Of a DNA stretch of 64,000 nt, positions 47,448 through 55,277 are shown in pieces. The DNA lies in the NCBI GenBank assembly GCA_035626815.1, contig DASPMY010000030.1, forward strand, positions 1,903-65,902. The letters are read 5' to 3'. The translations under genes were made by a program, and so were the position numbers. This stretch comes from Croceibacterium sp. Its GTDB lineage: Bacteria > Pseudomonadota > Alphaproteobacteria > Sphingomonadales > Sphingomonadaceae. The notes under the pieces were generated by a model. The model saw only the letters and a list, made by a program, of their open reading frames with translations, did not search any database and was not told the origin of the DNA. The stretch's first letter is position 1; each line of letters opens with the position of its first letter.

Positions 47448-48872
47448 CTAGAGCGGGCGGTACGACAGCCGCGGTGGCGCGTCGGGCGCTGCGGCGAGCG
47501 TCCCGGCGCGCGATCCGCCCGCGGCCCGATACAGCGCGATCCGGGCGAACAATTCCTCCTGCGCCGCCAGCACCTGGGCGTCCTCGGCGTCGGTCAGCAG
47601 GTCCTGCGCGTCGAGCACGCTGCCGAGATCCTGCTCGCCCTCGATGTAGCGCAAGTTGGCCAGCCGCGCGGTGGTCCCGGCCTCGGCGACGACCGCGTCG
47701 AGCAGCCGCGCCCGCTCGGCCGAGCGGTCGATCGCGCTGCGGGCATCCTCGGTCTGCTTGAGTGCGGCGAGGATTGCCAGGCGATAGCGCTCGACCGCCT
47801 CGACCTGGACCGCCGAAGCGTAAGCGAAATCGCCCTCGAGCCGTCCGCGGCTGAAGATCGGCGCCAGCAGCGCCGAGCCGAGCGTGACGCTGCGGCCGAG
47901 CGAGCCGGTCAGCAGGTCGGCGACCCCGCCGAGCCCGACCGAGAGTTGCGGAAAGAAGCTCGCCCGGGCCGCGCGCACGTCGCCCTCGGCCGCGGCGATC
48001 AGGGCTTCGGCGGCGGCGATGTCGGGCCGTGCCGCCAGCAGCACCGCGGGCGGCGGCGGGGCCAGCGCCGGCCGCGCCAAGTCGCCCAGCCGGCCCGGCG
48101 CCACGGCGAACGACGGGGCCTCCTCGCCCGCCAGCAGCGCCAGCGCGGTGCGGGTCTGATCGAGCGCTTCGGCGAGCCGCGAGCGCTCGGCGCGCAAGTC
48201 GAGCAGGCGGATCGACTGCAGCCCGAGGTCGACGCGCGTCGCCGCGCCTTCCTCCACCCGCACGCGGATGATCCGTTCGAGCTCGACCGCGCGGGCGATG
48301 CTGGCATCGAGGATCTCCATTCGCCGGGCCAGCGCCGCGCGCTGGACAAAGGCCGCGGCGACGTCGCTCTCGACCGCCAGCCGCACGGCGTCGCCTTCGA
48401 GCTCGGCGGCGCGGGTACGCGCCAGGGCGGCGCCGCGCTCGGCCCTGAGCTTGCCGAACAGGTCGAGGTCGAGCTCGATGTCGATCTGCGCGAACGCCTG
48501 GCGGAAATCGGGCAAGGCGCTGCCGAGCTGCCGCTCGCGGCTGCCGCTGGCGCTGAGCGACACGTCGGGCAGGACGGACTGGCGCGCGCTCCGCAGCAGC
48601 GCCGCCGCCTGCGCGACCCGGGCTTCGGCGATGCGGACGTCGGCATTGCGCTCCAGCGCGCGCTCGGTCAGCGCGGCGAGCTCGGGCGAGGCGAACAGCG
48701 CGCCGAGCGGTGCCGCCGGCACGTCGCCTCCCTCCGGCGCCGCCGCGCTCCATTCGGCCGATTCCAGCACCGGCGCCGGCTCGAGGCGCAGCTCGGGCGC
48801 GCAGCCGCCCGCGGCCAGCGCGGCCGTCGCAACTGCCGTGGCGAACCGGCTGCCCGAAACGACTGTGGCCAT
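47448..48872 (-). CDS. Outer-membrane efflux lipoprotein, NodT/OMF family
   Basis: Lipobox 'LAAGGC'. Two OEP repeats. 474 aa. Divergent from the CvaA-like gene. Confidence 0.85.
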   Translation of the reverse strand: MATVVSGSRFATAVATAALAAGGCAPELRLEPAPVLESAEWSAAAPEGGDVPAAPLGALFASPELAALTERALERNADVRIAEARVAQAAALLRSARQSVLPDVSLSASGSRERQLGSALPDFRQAFAQIDIELDLDLFGKLRAERGAALARTRAAELEGDAVRLAVESDVAAAFVQRAALARRMEILDASIARAVELERIIRVRVEEGAATRVDLGLQSIRLLDLRAERSRLAEALDQTRTALALLAGEEAPSFAVAPGRLGDLARPALAPPPPAVLLAARPDIAAAEALIAAAEGDVRAARASFFPQLSVGLGGVADLLTGSLGRSVTLGSALLAPIFSRGRLEGDFAYASAVQVEAVERYRLAILAALKQTEDARSAIDRSAERARLLDAVVAEAGTTARLANLRYIEGEQDLGSVLDAQDLLTDAEDAQVLAAQEELFARIALYRAAGGSRAGTLAAAPDAPPRLSYRPL

Positions 48873-48995
48873 GGCCCGGCGCTAGCAGCCAAGCGTTAAG
48901 ATTGGTTGAGCGGGTGTCCCGCAGCGGGACGCGCAAGCGCTTGGTTCACGGCCGGTTTACCTCCTTTTCAGGCTTCGCGCCTATGCGCGGGGGCG

Positions 48996-50228
48996 ATGGC
49001 AGAAGCCCTGTTCCGCAACCAGGTGATCGAGGAGGGCCGCAACCGGCTGACCGGCACGGTGATCGCCGCCGTGCCGCCGACCTCGCGGCTGTACACGCGC
49101 CTCGTCGCGGGCGTAGCGGCGCTGCTCGTGCTGTTCCTGTTCCTCGGCAGCTACACGATGACCGCCGACGTGCGCGGGATCGTCGCCTACGACGCCGGCG
49201 TCGCCCGGGTCTACCCGCGCACCGCCGCCGAGATCGGCGCGATCCACGTCCGCGAGGGGCAGAACGTCGCCAAGGGCCAGCCGCTGGTGACGCTGGCGAT
49301 CGCCCAGGGCCAGGGCGGCATGACCGGCCAGCTGAGCCAGATCGCCACGCAGGACAGCGAGCTGACCCGCCAGCTCGACCTCGCCGCGGCGCAAGCGGGC
49401 TCCGACGTCGCCGCGCTCGGCGAGCAGGCGGCCGGCTACGCGGCGATGATTGGCTCGCTCGAGCGCCAGCGCGCGCTCGCCGCCGACCAGATCCATCTCG
49501 CGGAATCGGCCGCCCGGCGCGCCGAGCGGCTCGCCGCCGAAGGCGCCGGCACGCAGCGCCAGGTCGAGGACAGCCGCTCCGAGCTGCTCGCCCGGCGGGC
49601 CGAGTTCGAGGCGCTCGGCGAGCAGCTCATCGCCCAGCGCAGCGCGTTGCGGGCCAACGAGGCCGAGCGCGCCCGGCGGCGGCTCGAAGCCGAGCGCGCG
49701 CAGTCGGTGCTGCAGGGCCAGCGCGCCTCGCTGGCCGAGCAACAGGCCCAGCTGGCGCGGACCGACCGGCTCGTGCTGACCTCGCCGATCGACGGCGCGG
49801 TCGGCGACGTCAGCCTCGAGATCGGCCAGCAGGCGAGCCCCGAGCGGTCGATCGTCTCGGTGATCCCGACCGACAGCCGGATGGAGATCTGGCTCTACGC
49901 TCCCAGCCGCGCGGTCGGCAACGCCCGCCCGGGCCAGCGGGTGCGGCTGCAGTTCGACGCCTTCCCGTACCAGAAATACGGCTCGGGCGTTGGCGTCGTC
50001 ACCGCCGTCGCCCGCGTGCCGACCGTGCCGGGCAACCTCGACCCGGGCCTGCGGATCGACGAGCCGGTGTTCCGCATCCGCACCCGCATCGTCAGCCTCT
50101 CGCCCGGGTCGAAGATCGACCTCGCCGCGCTGCGCCCGGGGATGACGCTCGGCGCCAAGCTCCAGCTCGAGCGGCGCAGCCTGTGGCAGGTGCTGCTCGG
50201 GCCGGTGTTCGAGGCGCTCGGGCGATGA
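48996..50228 (+). CDS. HlyD-family membrane fusion protein, CvaA (colicin V secretion)-like
   Basis: N-terminus 'LFRNQVIEEGRNRL' followed by a TM segment, coiled-coil middle, and C-terminus 'RPGMTLGAKLQLERRSLWQVLLGPV'. All three parallel CvaA. The internal ATG (MAEALF) was preferred. Confidence 0.85.
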   Translation: MAEALFRNQVIEEGRNRLTGTVIAAVPPTSRLYTRLVAGVAALLVLFLFLGSYTMTADVRGIVAYDAGVARVYPRTAAEIGAIHVREGQNVAKGQPLVTLAIAQGQGGMTGQLSQIATQDSELTRQLDLAAAQAGSDVAALGEQAAGYAAMIGSLERQRALAADQIHLAESAARRAERLAAEGAGTQRQVEDSRSELLARRAEFEALGEQLIAQRSALRANEAERARRRLEAERAQSVLQGQRASLAEQQAQLARTDRLVLTSPIDGAVGDVSLEIGQQASPERSIVSVIPTDSRMEIWLYAPSRAVGNARPGQRVRLQFDAFPYQKYGSGVGVVTAVARVPTVPGNLDPGLRIDEPVFRIRTRIVSLSPGSKIDLAALRPGMTLGAKLQLERRSLWQVLLGPVFEALGR

Positions 50229-52366
50229 GCGCGATGCAATGGCCGTGGCACCGTGGCGTCCGGCCGATCCTGCAGACCGAGGCCGCCGAATGCGGGCTCG
50301 CCTCGCTGGCGATGATCGCCCGCCATCACGGCCACCGGGTCGACCTGTCGGGCCTGCGCCAGCGGTTCCCGACCTCGATCAAGGGCATGACGCTGCGGCA
50401 GATGATCGACGTCGCCTCGGACCTCGAGCTGTCGGCGCGGCCGGTGCGGCTCGAGCCCGACGAGCTCGGCCAGCTGCGGCTCCCGGCGATCCTCCACTGG
50501 GACCTCAACCACTTCCTGGTGCTCGAGAAGGTCGAGCGCGGCGCGGTGTGGCTGCTCGACCCGGCGAACGGCCGCCGGCGGATGACGCTGGCCAAGTTCG
50601 GGCGGCACTTCACCGGCGTCGCGCTCGAGCTGATCCCGACCGCCGAGTTCCGCCCGATCGAGGCCCGGGTGCGCACCCGCCTGTCGGACTTGTGGAGCCG
50701 GCTGACCAATTACCGCTCGGCGTTCGTCCAGGTGCTGGTGCTGTCGCTGATCGTCCAGGTCACCGCGCTGGTCGTGCCGTTCTTCATCCAGCTGGTGATC
50801 GACGAGGGCGTCAACCAGGGCGAGGCGAGCTTCCTCACGCTGCTGCTGGTCGGCTTCGGGATGATCTACGCGCTGCAGGCGGTCACCCGCGGCCTGCGTA
50901 GCTGGGTCACGCTGTGCCTCGGCCAGTCGCTCAGCTTCCAGCTCGCCGGCAACGTCGTGCGCCACATGCTGCGGCTGCCGATGGGCTACTTCGAGCGCCG
51001 CCACGTCGGCGACATCCTCTCGCGCGTCGGCTCGATCCAGCCGATCCAGTCGCTGCTGACGCGCGGGGTGGTCGATTCGGCGATCGATTCGACGCTGCTC
51101 GTGGCGACGCTGCTGGTGATGCTGGCGATCAGCGTGCCGCTGACCGCGATCGTGTTCACCTGCACGCTCGCCTACCTCGTCGTCTCGCAGGTGGTCTATC
51201 CGGCGATCCGCGCCCGGGCGGAGGAGGAGATCGTCGCCCGCGCGCAGGAGGAATCGTTCCAGATGGAATCGCTCCGGGCGATGCGGGCGATCAAGCTCCA
51301 CGGCTTCGAGACGATGCGCGAGAGCGGCTGGCGCAACCGCTATGCCGAGGTCATCACGGCGACCTACAAGTCCGAGATGCTGAGCCTCAAGCTGAGCTTC
51401 GCCGAGGACCTGATCTTCGCCGCCTCGTTCCTGCTGACGGTGTATTTCGGCGCGCTGGCGGTGCTCGACCAGCAGCTCACCGTCGGGCTGCTGCTGGCGT
51501 TCCTGGCCTATCGCAGCAGCTTCGCCTCGAGCGCCACGTCGCTGGTCCGCCAGTGGCAGAAGTGGCGCCTGCTCGGGCTCCATCTCGAGCGGCTGTCGGA
51601 CATCGTCGGCGAGAAGAAGGAGCTGCTCGCGGCGACCGCGCGCGGCGGCCAGCGGGGAAGCGCGCCGGCGATCCGCGCGGTCGACCTGACGTTCGCCTAC
51701 GATCCGGCCGAAAGCCCGATCCTCGACCGGGTCAGCTTCGAGATCCCGGCTGGCGGCCTGGTGGCGATCGTCGGCCCCTCGGGGGCGGGCAAGACCACGC
51801 TGATGCGCCTGCTGCTGGGCCTGCTGACCCCGCAAGCGGGCACGATCGACATCGACGGCTCGCCGCTCGGCCCGGCAAGCATGGCGCACTGGCGCAGCCG
51901 CATCGGCGCGGTGATGCAGGACGACTACCTGCTGTCGGGCACGCTGGCCGACAACGTGAGCTTCTTCCATCCGCAGCCGGACCAGCGGCAGGTCGAGGCC
52001 GCCGCGCGCTTCGCCCGCATCCACGACGACATCGTGCGCATGCCGATGGCCTATCACAGCCTGATCAGCGACATGGGCGCGGCGCTTTCCAGCGGCCAGC
52101 GCCAGCGCATCCTGCTCGCCCGCGCGATGTACCGCGACCCCGACGTGCTGGTGCTCGACGAAGGCACCGCCAACCTCGACGAGCACACCGAAAGCCTGAT
52201 CGCGCGGGGCATCGCGGCGATGCCGATCACGCGGATCGCCATCTCGCACCGTCCGGCGCTGGTCGCCTACGCCGACGTCGTGCTCCACGTCGAAGGCGGC
52301 AAGGTCGAGCGCGTCGAGCACCGCGGCCTCGGCCGGCTCCGCCCGCTCGACGCGCGGAGCGCCTGA
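50225..52366 (+). CDS. Peptidase-C39 / ABC transporter, CvaB-like bacteriocin-processing exporter
   Basis: ATGA overlap with the upstream stop. The C39 motifs 'QTEAAECGLASLAMI' (catalytic Cys) and 'LHWDLNHFLVL' (His) are intact. Six TM segments. Walker A 'GPSGAGKTT', signature 'LSSGQRQR', Walker B 'VLVLDEGT'. Confidence 0.92.
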   Translation: MSAMQWPWHRGVRPILQTEAAECGLASLAMIARHHGHRVDLSGLRQRFPTSIKGMTLRQMIDVASDLELSARPVRLEPDELGQLRLPAILHWDLNHFLVLEKVERGAVWLLDPANGRRRMTLAKFGRHFTGVALELIPTAEFRPIEARVRTRLSDLWSRLTNYRSAFVQVLVLSLIVQVTALVVPFFIQLVIDEGVNQGEASFLTLLLVGFGMIYALQAVTRGLRSWVTLCLGQSLSFQLAGNVVRHMLRLPMGYFERRHVGDILSRVGSIQPIQSLLTRGVVDSAIDSTLLVATLLVMLAISVPLTAIVFTCTLAYLVVSQVVYPAIRARAEEEIVARAQEESFQMESLRAMRAIKLHGFETMRESGWRNRYAEVITATYKSEMLSLKLSFAEDLIFAASFLLTVYFGALAVLDQQLTVGLLLAFLAYRSSFASSATSLVRQWQKWRLLGLHLERLSDIVGEKKELLAATARGGQRGSAPAIRAVDLTFAYDPAESPILDRVSFEIPAGGLVAIVGPSGAGKTTLMRLLLGLLTPQAGTIDIDGSPLGPASMAHWRSRIGAVMQDDYLLSGTLADNVSFFHPQPDQRQVEAAARFARIHDDIVRMPMAYHSLISDMGAALSSGQRQRILLARAMYRDPDVLVLDEGTANLDEHTESLIARGIAAMPITRIAISHRPALVAYADVVLHVEGGKVERVEHRGLGRLRPLDARSA

Positions 52367-53082
52367 TGAGCGAGATCCCGCCGCTGGCCCTCAATCCCGA
52401 GCTCGACATCGACGCGCTGGCCGTGGCCTATCGCGCCCACGGCCGCATCCGCATCCAGCGCCTGCTCGGCGAAGGCGCGCCCGAGCTCTACCACCACCTC
52501 GAGGGCACCGAGCACTGGATCCAGCTGGTCAACAAGCAGCGCGGCGCGCACGAGCTGCCGCTGGCCGACTGGCACGCGCCGCGCTCGCGCCGGCGGACGG
52601 TGCTCGAGCGCGAGATGTACCAGCGGGCGCGCGACGGCTTCCAGTACAGTTATGCCGCGCTGCGCGTGCCGCAGCAGGGCGAGAGCACGCCCGACCCGGT
52701 GCTCGCGGCCATCGCCGAGCTGATGCGCGGCCCGGCGATGGTGGCGATGCTCGAGGCCGTGACCGGGATCGCCGCGCCGCGTTTCACCGACGGGCAGGTG
52801 ACCTCCTACGGCCAGGGCGACTTCCTCACCGGGCACGACGACGATGTCGTCGGCTCGCGGCGCCAGGCGGCGTTCGTCTACGGGCTGACGCCGCAGTGGC
52901 GGCTCGAATGGGGCGGCCTGCTGCTGTTCCACGAGCCGGGCCAGGTCGAGGTCTCCGGCCTGGTGCCGCAGTTCAACACGCTCGATCTGTTCTCGGTGCC
53001 GCGCTACCACAGCGTCAGCCAGGTGACCCGCGCGGCGCCGCGCCGGCGCTATTGCGTGACCGGCTGGCTGTCGACGCCCTAG
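52366..53082 (+). CDS. 2OG-Fe(II) oxygenase (prolyl-hydroxylase-like superfamily)
   Basis: TGATG overlap with the ABC gene. Candidate facial triad 'GHDDD' ... 'PRYHSVSQV', and a basic 'RRRYCVTGW' that may bind 2OG. Confidence 0.7.
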   Translation: MSEIPPLALNPELDIDALAVAYRAHGRIRIQRLLGEGAPELYHHLEGTEHWIQLVNKQRGAHELPLADWHAPRSRRRTVLEREMYQRARDGFQYSYAALRVPQQGESTPDPVLAAIAELMRGPAMVAMLEAVTGIAAPRFTDGQVTSYGQGDFLTGHDDDVVGSRRQAAFVYGLTPQWRLEWGGLLLFHEPGQVEVSGLVPQFNTLDLFSVPRYHSVSQVTRAAPRRRYCVTGWLSTP

Positions 53083-54029
53083 ACGGCGGTCGAGCTGGAG
53101 CTGCGGACCTTGATCTCGACCTCGATCGCGCACTCCATCGGCCTGGTCAGCAGCGGCCTGGCGATGCGCGGGTCGAAGAAGTCGCGCAGGATCGGCGGGC
53201 GCCACGCGGCGAAGTAGAACTCGGGGTCCTCGGCCACCGTCTCGTTGGCCGTCAGGCGCAGCTCGTCCTTGCGGGTGACGTGCTCGACGACGCACCACGC
53301 ATGGGTGATCCCGGCGCTGCGCAGCGCGTAGCACCGGTGGTAGCCGTTCTGCAGCAGCACGCGCTTGCCGCTCCTAACGCCGCTGACGAAGTTGGAGCCG
53401 AACCCGACCGAAACGCCGAAGAACGCCGCCGCCGGACCGGGCAGCTCGAGGTGGCCGATCTCGTGCGGCCGCAGCAGCCGGGGCGAATGCTCGCGGAAAT
53501 CGCTCGACGGCGAGGTGAACTGGTAGCGGTTCGACGCCAGCCGCCGGATGCTGACCGGGGGCAGCTCGCGCTCGGCCGGGAGGCAGAAGCGGAACAGCGC
53601 CGACGGCGGCGGCGCAGGCCCGAGCCGCGCGGCGATGGCGCCCGAGAAGCCGTTCTCGACGTGAAGCTGCGAGACCACCAGCTTGTCGAGCTCGACCAGC
53701 TCGATGGTGTACGGCAGGTCGTCGAACGTCGCCCGGAACCACGGGTTGCGCTCGAGCTCGCCGGCGAGCCGCGCCAGGCGCCGGTCGAGCGGTCGGCAGT
53801 CGATCGTGTCGGCGATGCCCGCCTCGGCCTGCTCCAGCTCGTAGTAGTAATCGTTGGCCTCGCGCCATTCGGCGGTCAGTTGCCGCGCGTCGGCCGCCTC
53901 GCCGCCGATCACCTTCGAGCGGTGGAACGCCAGGTAGTCGCGCAAGCTCGGCTGGCCGAGCAGCCACACCATCGGCACGGGCTCGGCGGCTGAGGGCTCA
54001 GGCCGGAGCGGGGCGGGCTCGATGTACAT
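53079..54029 (-). CDS. 316-aa protein of unknown function encoded directly after the precursor peptide; weak ParB/Srx-like 'NGYHR..A....G' motif
   Basis: Long open frame. No confident family match from memory. The C-terminal third has 'GKRVLLQNGYHRCYALRSAGITHAWCVV', reminiscent of the ParB/sulfiredoxin 'DGHHR' motif. The start codon is uncertain (54029 or an ATG 57 nt downstream). Confidence 0.55.
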   Translation of the reverse strand: MYIEPAPLRPEPSAAEPVPMVWLLGQPSLRDYLAFHRSKVIGGEAADARQLTAEWREANDYYYELEQAEAGIADTIDCRPLDRRLARLAGELERNPWFRATFDDLPYTIELVELDKLVVSQLHVENGFSGAIAARLGPAPPPSALFRFCLPAERELPPVSIRRLASNRYQFTSPSSDFREHSPRLLRPHEIGHLELPGPAAAFFGVSVGFGSNFVSGVRSGKRVLLQNGYHRCYALRSAGITHAWCVVEHVTRKDELRLTANETVAEDPEFYFAAWRPPILRDFFDPRIARPLLTRPMECAIEVEIKVRSSSSTAV

Positions 54030-54066
54030 GGCGAAGGCTTAGCAGGGCCGCGTTACCCAATAGTAA

Positions 54067-54088
54067 GGGCGGGGATCGCGCCCCGCCC
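54067..54088 (-). terminator. GC-rich stem-loop after the precursor gene (possible attenuator or partial terminator)
   Basis: The minus-strand RNA would read GGGCGGGG-CGCGAU-CCCCGCCC followed by UUACUAUU. It lies between the precursor stop (54122) and the next gene (54029). Confidence 0.45.
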
Positions 54089-54121
54089 CCCAGGTCGGTC
54101 CGCGCCGGCGGCGCGAGCCGC

Positions 54122-54313
54122 TCAGCAGTAGCCACGCGAGCCGTGGCCCTTCGACTTGCTCTTGGACTTCGACTTCGACTTGCACTTCGACTTCGACTTG
54201 GACTTCGACTTGCTCTTCGAGCCGCCACACGACGGCGGGGTCGGCGAGCAGTGACGGCCGCGGCCGCCGGCGCCGTAGACCAGCTCGAGTTCGTTGAGGT
54301 TCAGATCGCGCAT
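54122..54313 (-). CDS. 63-aa double-glycine-leader precursor peptide (microcin/RiPP-like) with a (Ser-Lys)n, Cys-containing cationic core
   Basis: GGGGAGAA RBS. The leader 'MRDLNLNELELVYGA' is position-for-position similar to the colicin V leader 'MRTLTLNELDSVSGG'. The core is 'GGRGRHCSPTPPSCGG(SK)6CK(SK)5GHGSRGYC'. Adjacent to a C39-ABC/HlyD/OMF exporter. Confidence 0.8.
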   Translation of the reverse strand: MRDLNLNELELVYGAGGRGRHCSPTPPSCGGSKSKSKSKSKSKCKSKSKSKSKSKGHGSRGYC

Positions 54314-54524
54314 CTTAGCTTCTCCCCACGGGTCATTCAGGCTTGGTGCCCGGTGGAGAGGCTGCGCCGTCGCGGCGCGTTTGTCGGTATATGGCCATGG
54401 TTAATATCTGGGCCGCTTCAGATTGACACACCGGCGGCGGGCCGGCGAGCGCGATGGTTAACGCGCGCTGGGTCCGCGCCGGTTCGCGCTTGCGGCCAGT
54501 TCGCATATCTGAAATAGCCCCGGC
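54314..54524. promoter_or_regulatory. Divergent intergenic region (precursor gene / iclR) with the only AT-rich patch of the locus
   Basis: 'ggtatatggccatggttaatatctgg' and a second 'gatggttaac' share the 8-mer ATGGTTAA. A TTGACA hexamer is also present. No promoter could be assigned with certainty. Confidence 0.3.
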
Positions 54525-55277
54525 ATGGCCGCCAGCGATCCCTCCTCGAGCCAGGTGAAGTCGGCGACGCGCACGCTCGACATCATCGAGTATGTCGTCG
54601 CGCACGACCGGCCGCTGGTGGCGCAGGAGATCGCCGTCGCGCTCGGCATCCCGGTGTCGAGCCTGTCGTACCTACTCGGCACGCTGGTCGACCGCCATTA
54701 CCTGACGCGCGACGGGCGCCGCTATTCGGCCGGCCCGGGGCTGCAGCGCCTGCAGGCGCGGCCCGGCGGCTTCAGCCTCGCCGAGCGCGCGGCGCCGCTG
54801 GTGCGCACGCTGCGCGTCCAGCTCAACGAGACGACCACCTTCTGGGTCCGCAGCGCGTGGGACGTCGAGGCGATCGTCACCGAATCGAGCGAGCAGGCGC
54901 TGCGCTATTCGATCACCACCGGCCAGCGCCAGCCGATGCACGCGCTCGCCGGCGGCAAGGCGCTGCTCGCGGCGCTCGCCGACGACGATCTCGACCGCTA
55001 CTTCGCCGAGAGCGAGCGGGCGCGCTTCACGCCCTCGACGGTGACCGCCGAAAAGGCGCTGCGGCGCGATCTCGCCGAAGTGCGGCGCACCGGCTTCGCC
55101 TTCACCGACGAGGAGTTCTCGCTCGGCATCCGCGGCATCGGGCGCGTGGTCACGATCGGCGGCGAGGCGGTCGGCTCGCTGTCGGTCGGCATCCCCAAGG
55201 CGCGCTTCGACGAGCCGATGCAGCAGCGGGTGACCGATCTGCTGGCGCGGACGGCGAGCCTGCTCGAGACGAGCTAG
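54525..55277 (+). CDS. IclR-family transcriptional regulator
   Basis: 250 aa. N-terminal wHTH 'SATRTLDIIEYVVAHDRPLVAQEIAVALGIPVSSLSYLLGTL' and a C-terminal IclR effector domain. Confidence 0.9.
   Translation: MAASDPSSSQVKSATRTLDIIEYVVAHDRPLVAQEIAVALGIPVSSLSYLLGTLVDRHYLTRDGRRYSAGPGLQRLQARPGGFSLAERAAPLVRTLRVQLNETTTFWVRSAWDVEAIVTESSEQALRYSITTGQRQPMHALAGGKALLAALADDDLDRYFAESERARFTPSTVTAEKALRRDLAEVRRTGFAFTDEEFSLGIRGIGRVVTIGGEAVGSLSVGIPKARFDEPMQQRVTDLLARTASLLETS

Noticed and set aside
54150-54225. Short tandem repeat that might be mistaken for a CRISPR or VNTR.
   Set aside because: The unit is 6 nt with no spacers and lies inside a coherent coding frame. No cas genes are present. It is not a CRISPR array.
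54039-54517. ORFs in other frames across the hexamer repeat: 54039..54230 'EVQVEVEVQ...' and 54143..54517 'LRLALGLRLRLAL...'.
   Set aside because: These are frame-shifted and antisense readings of the (tcgaag)n repeat. Only the 54313..54122 frame has an RBS, a recognisable double-glycine leader and an adjacent cognate exporter.
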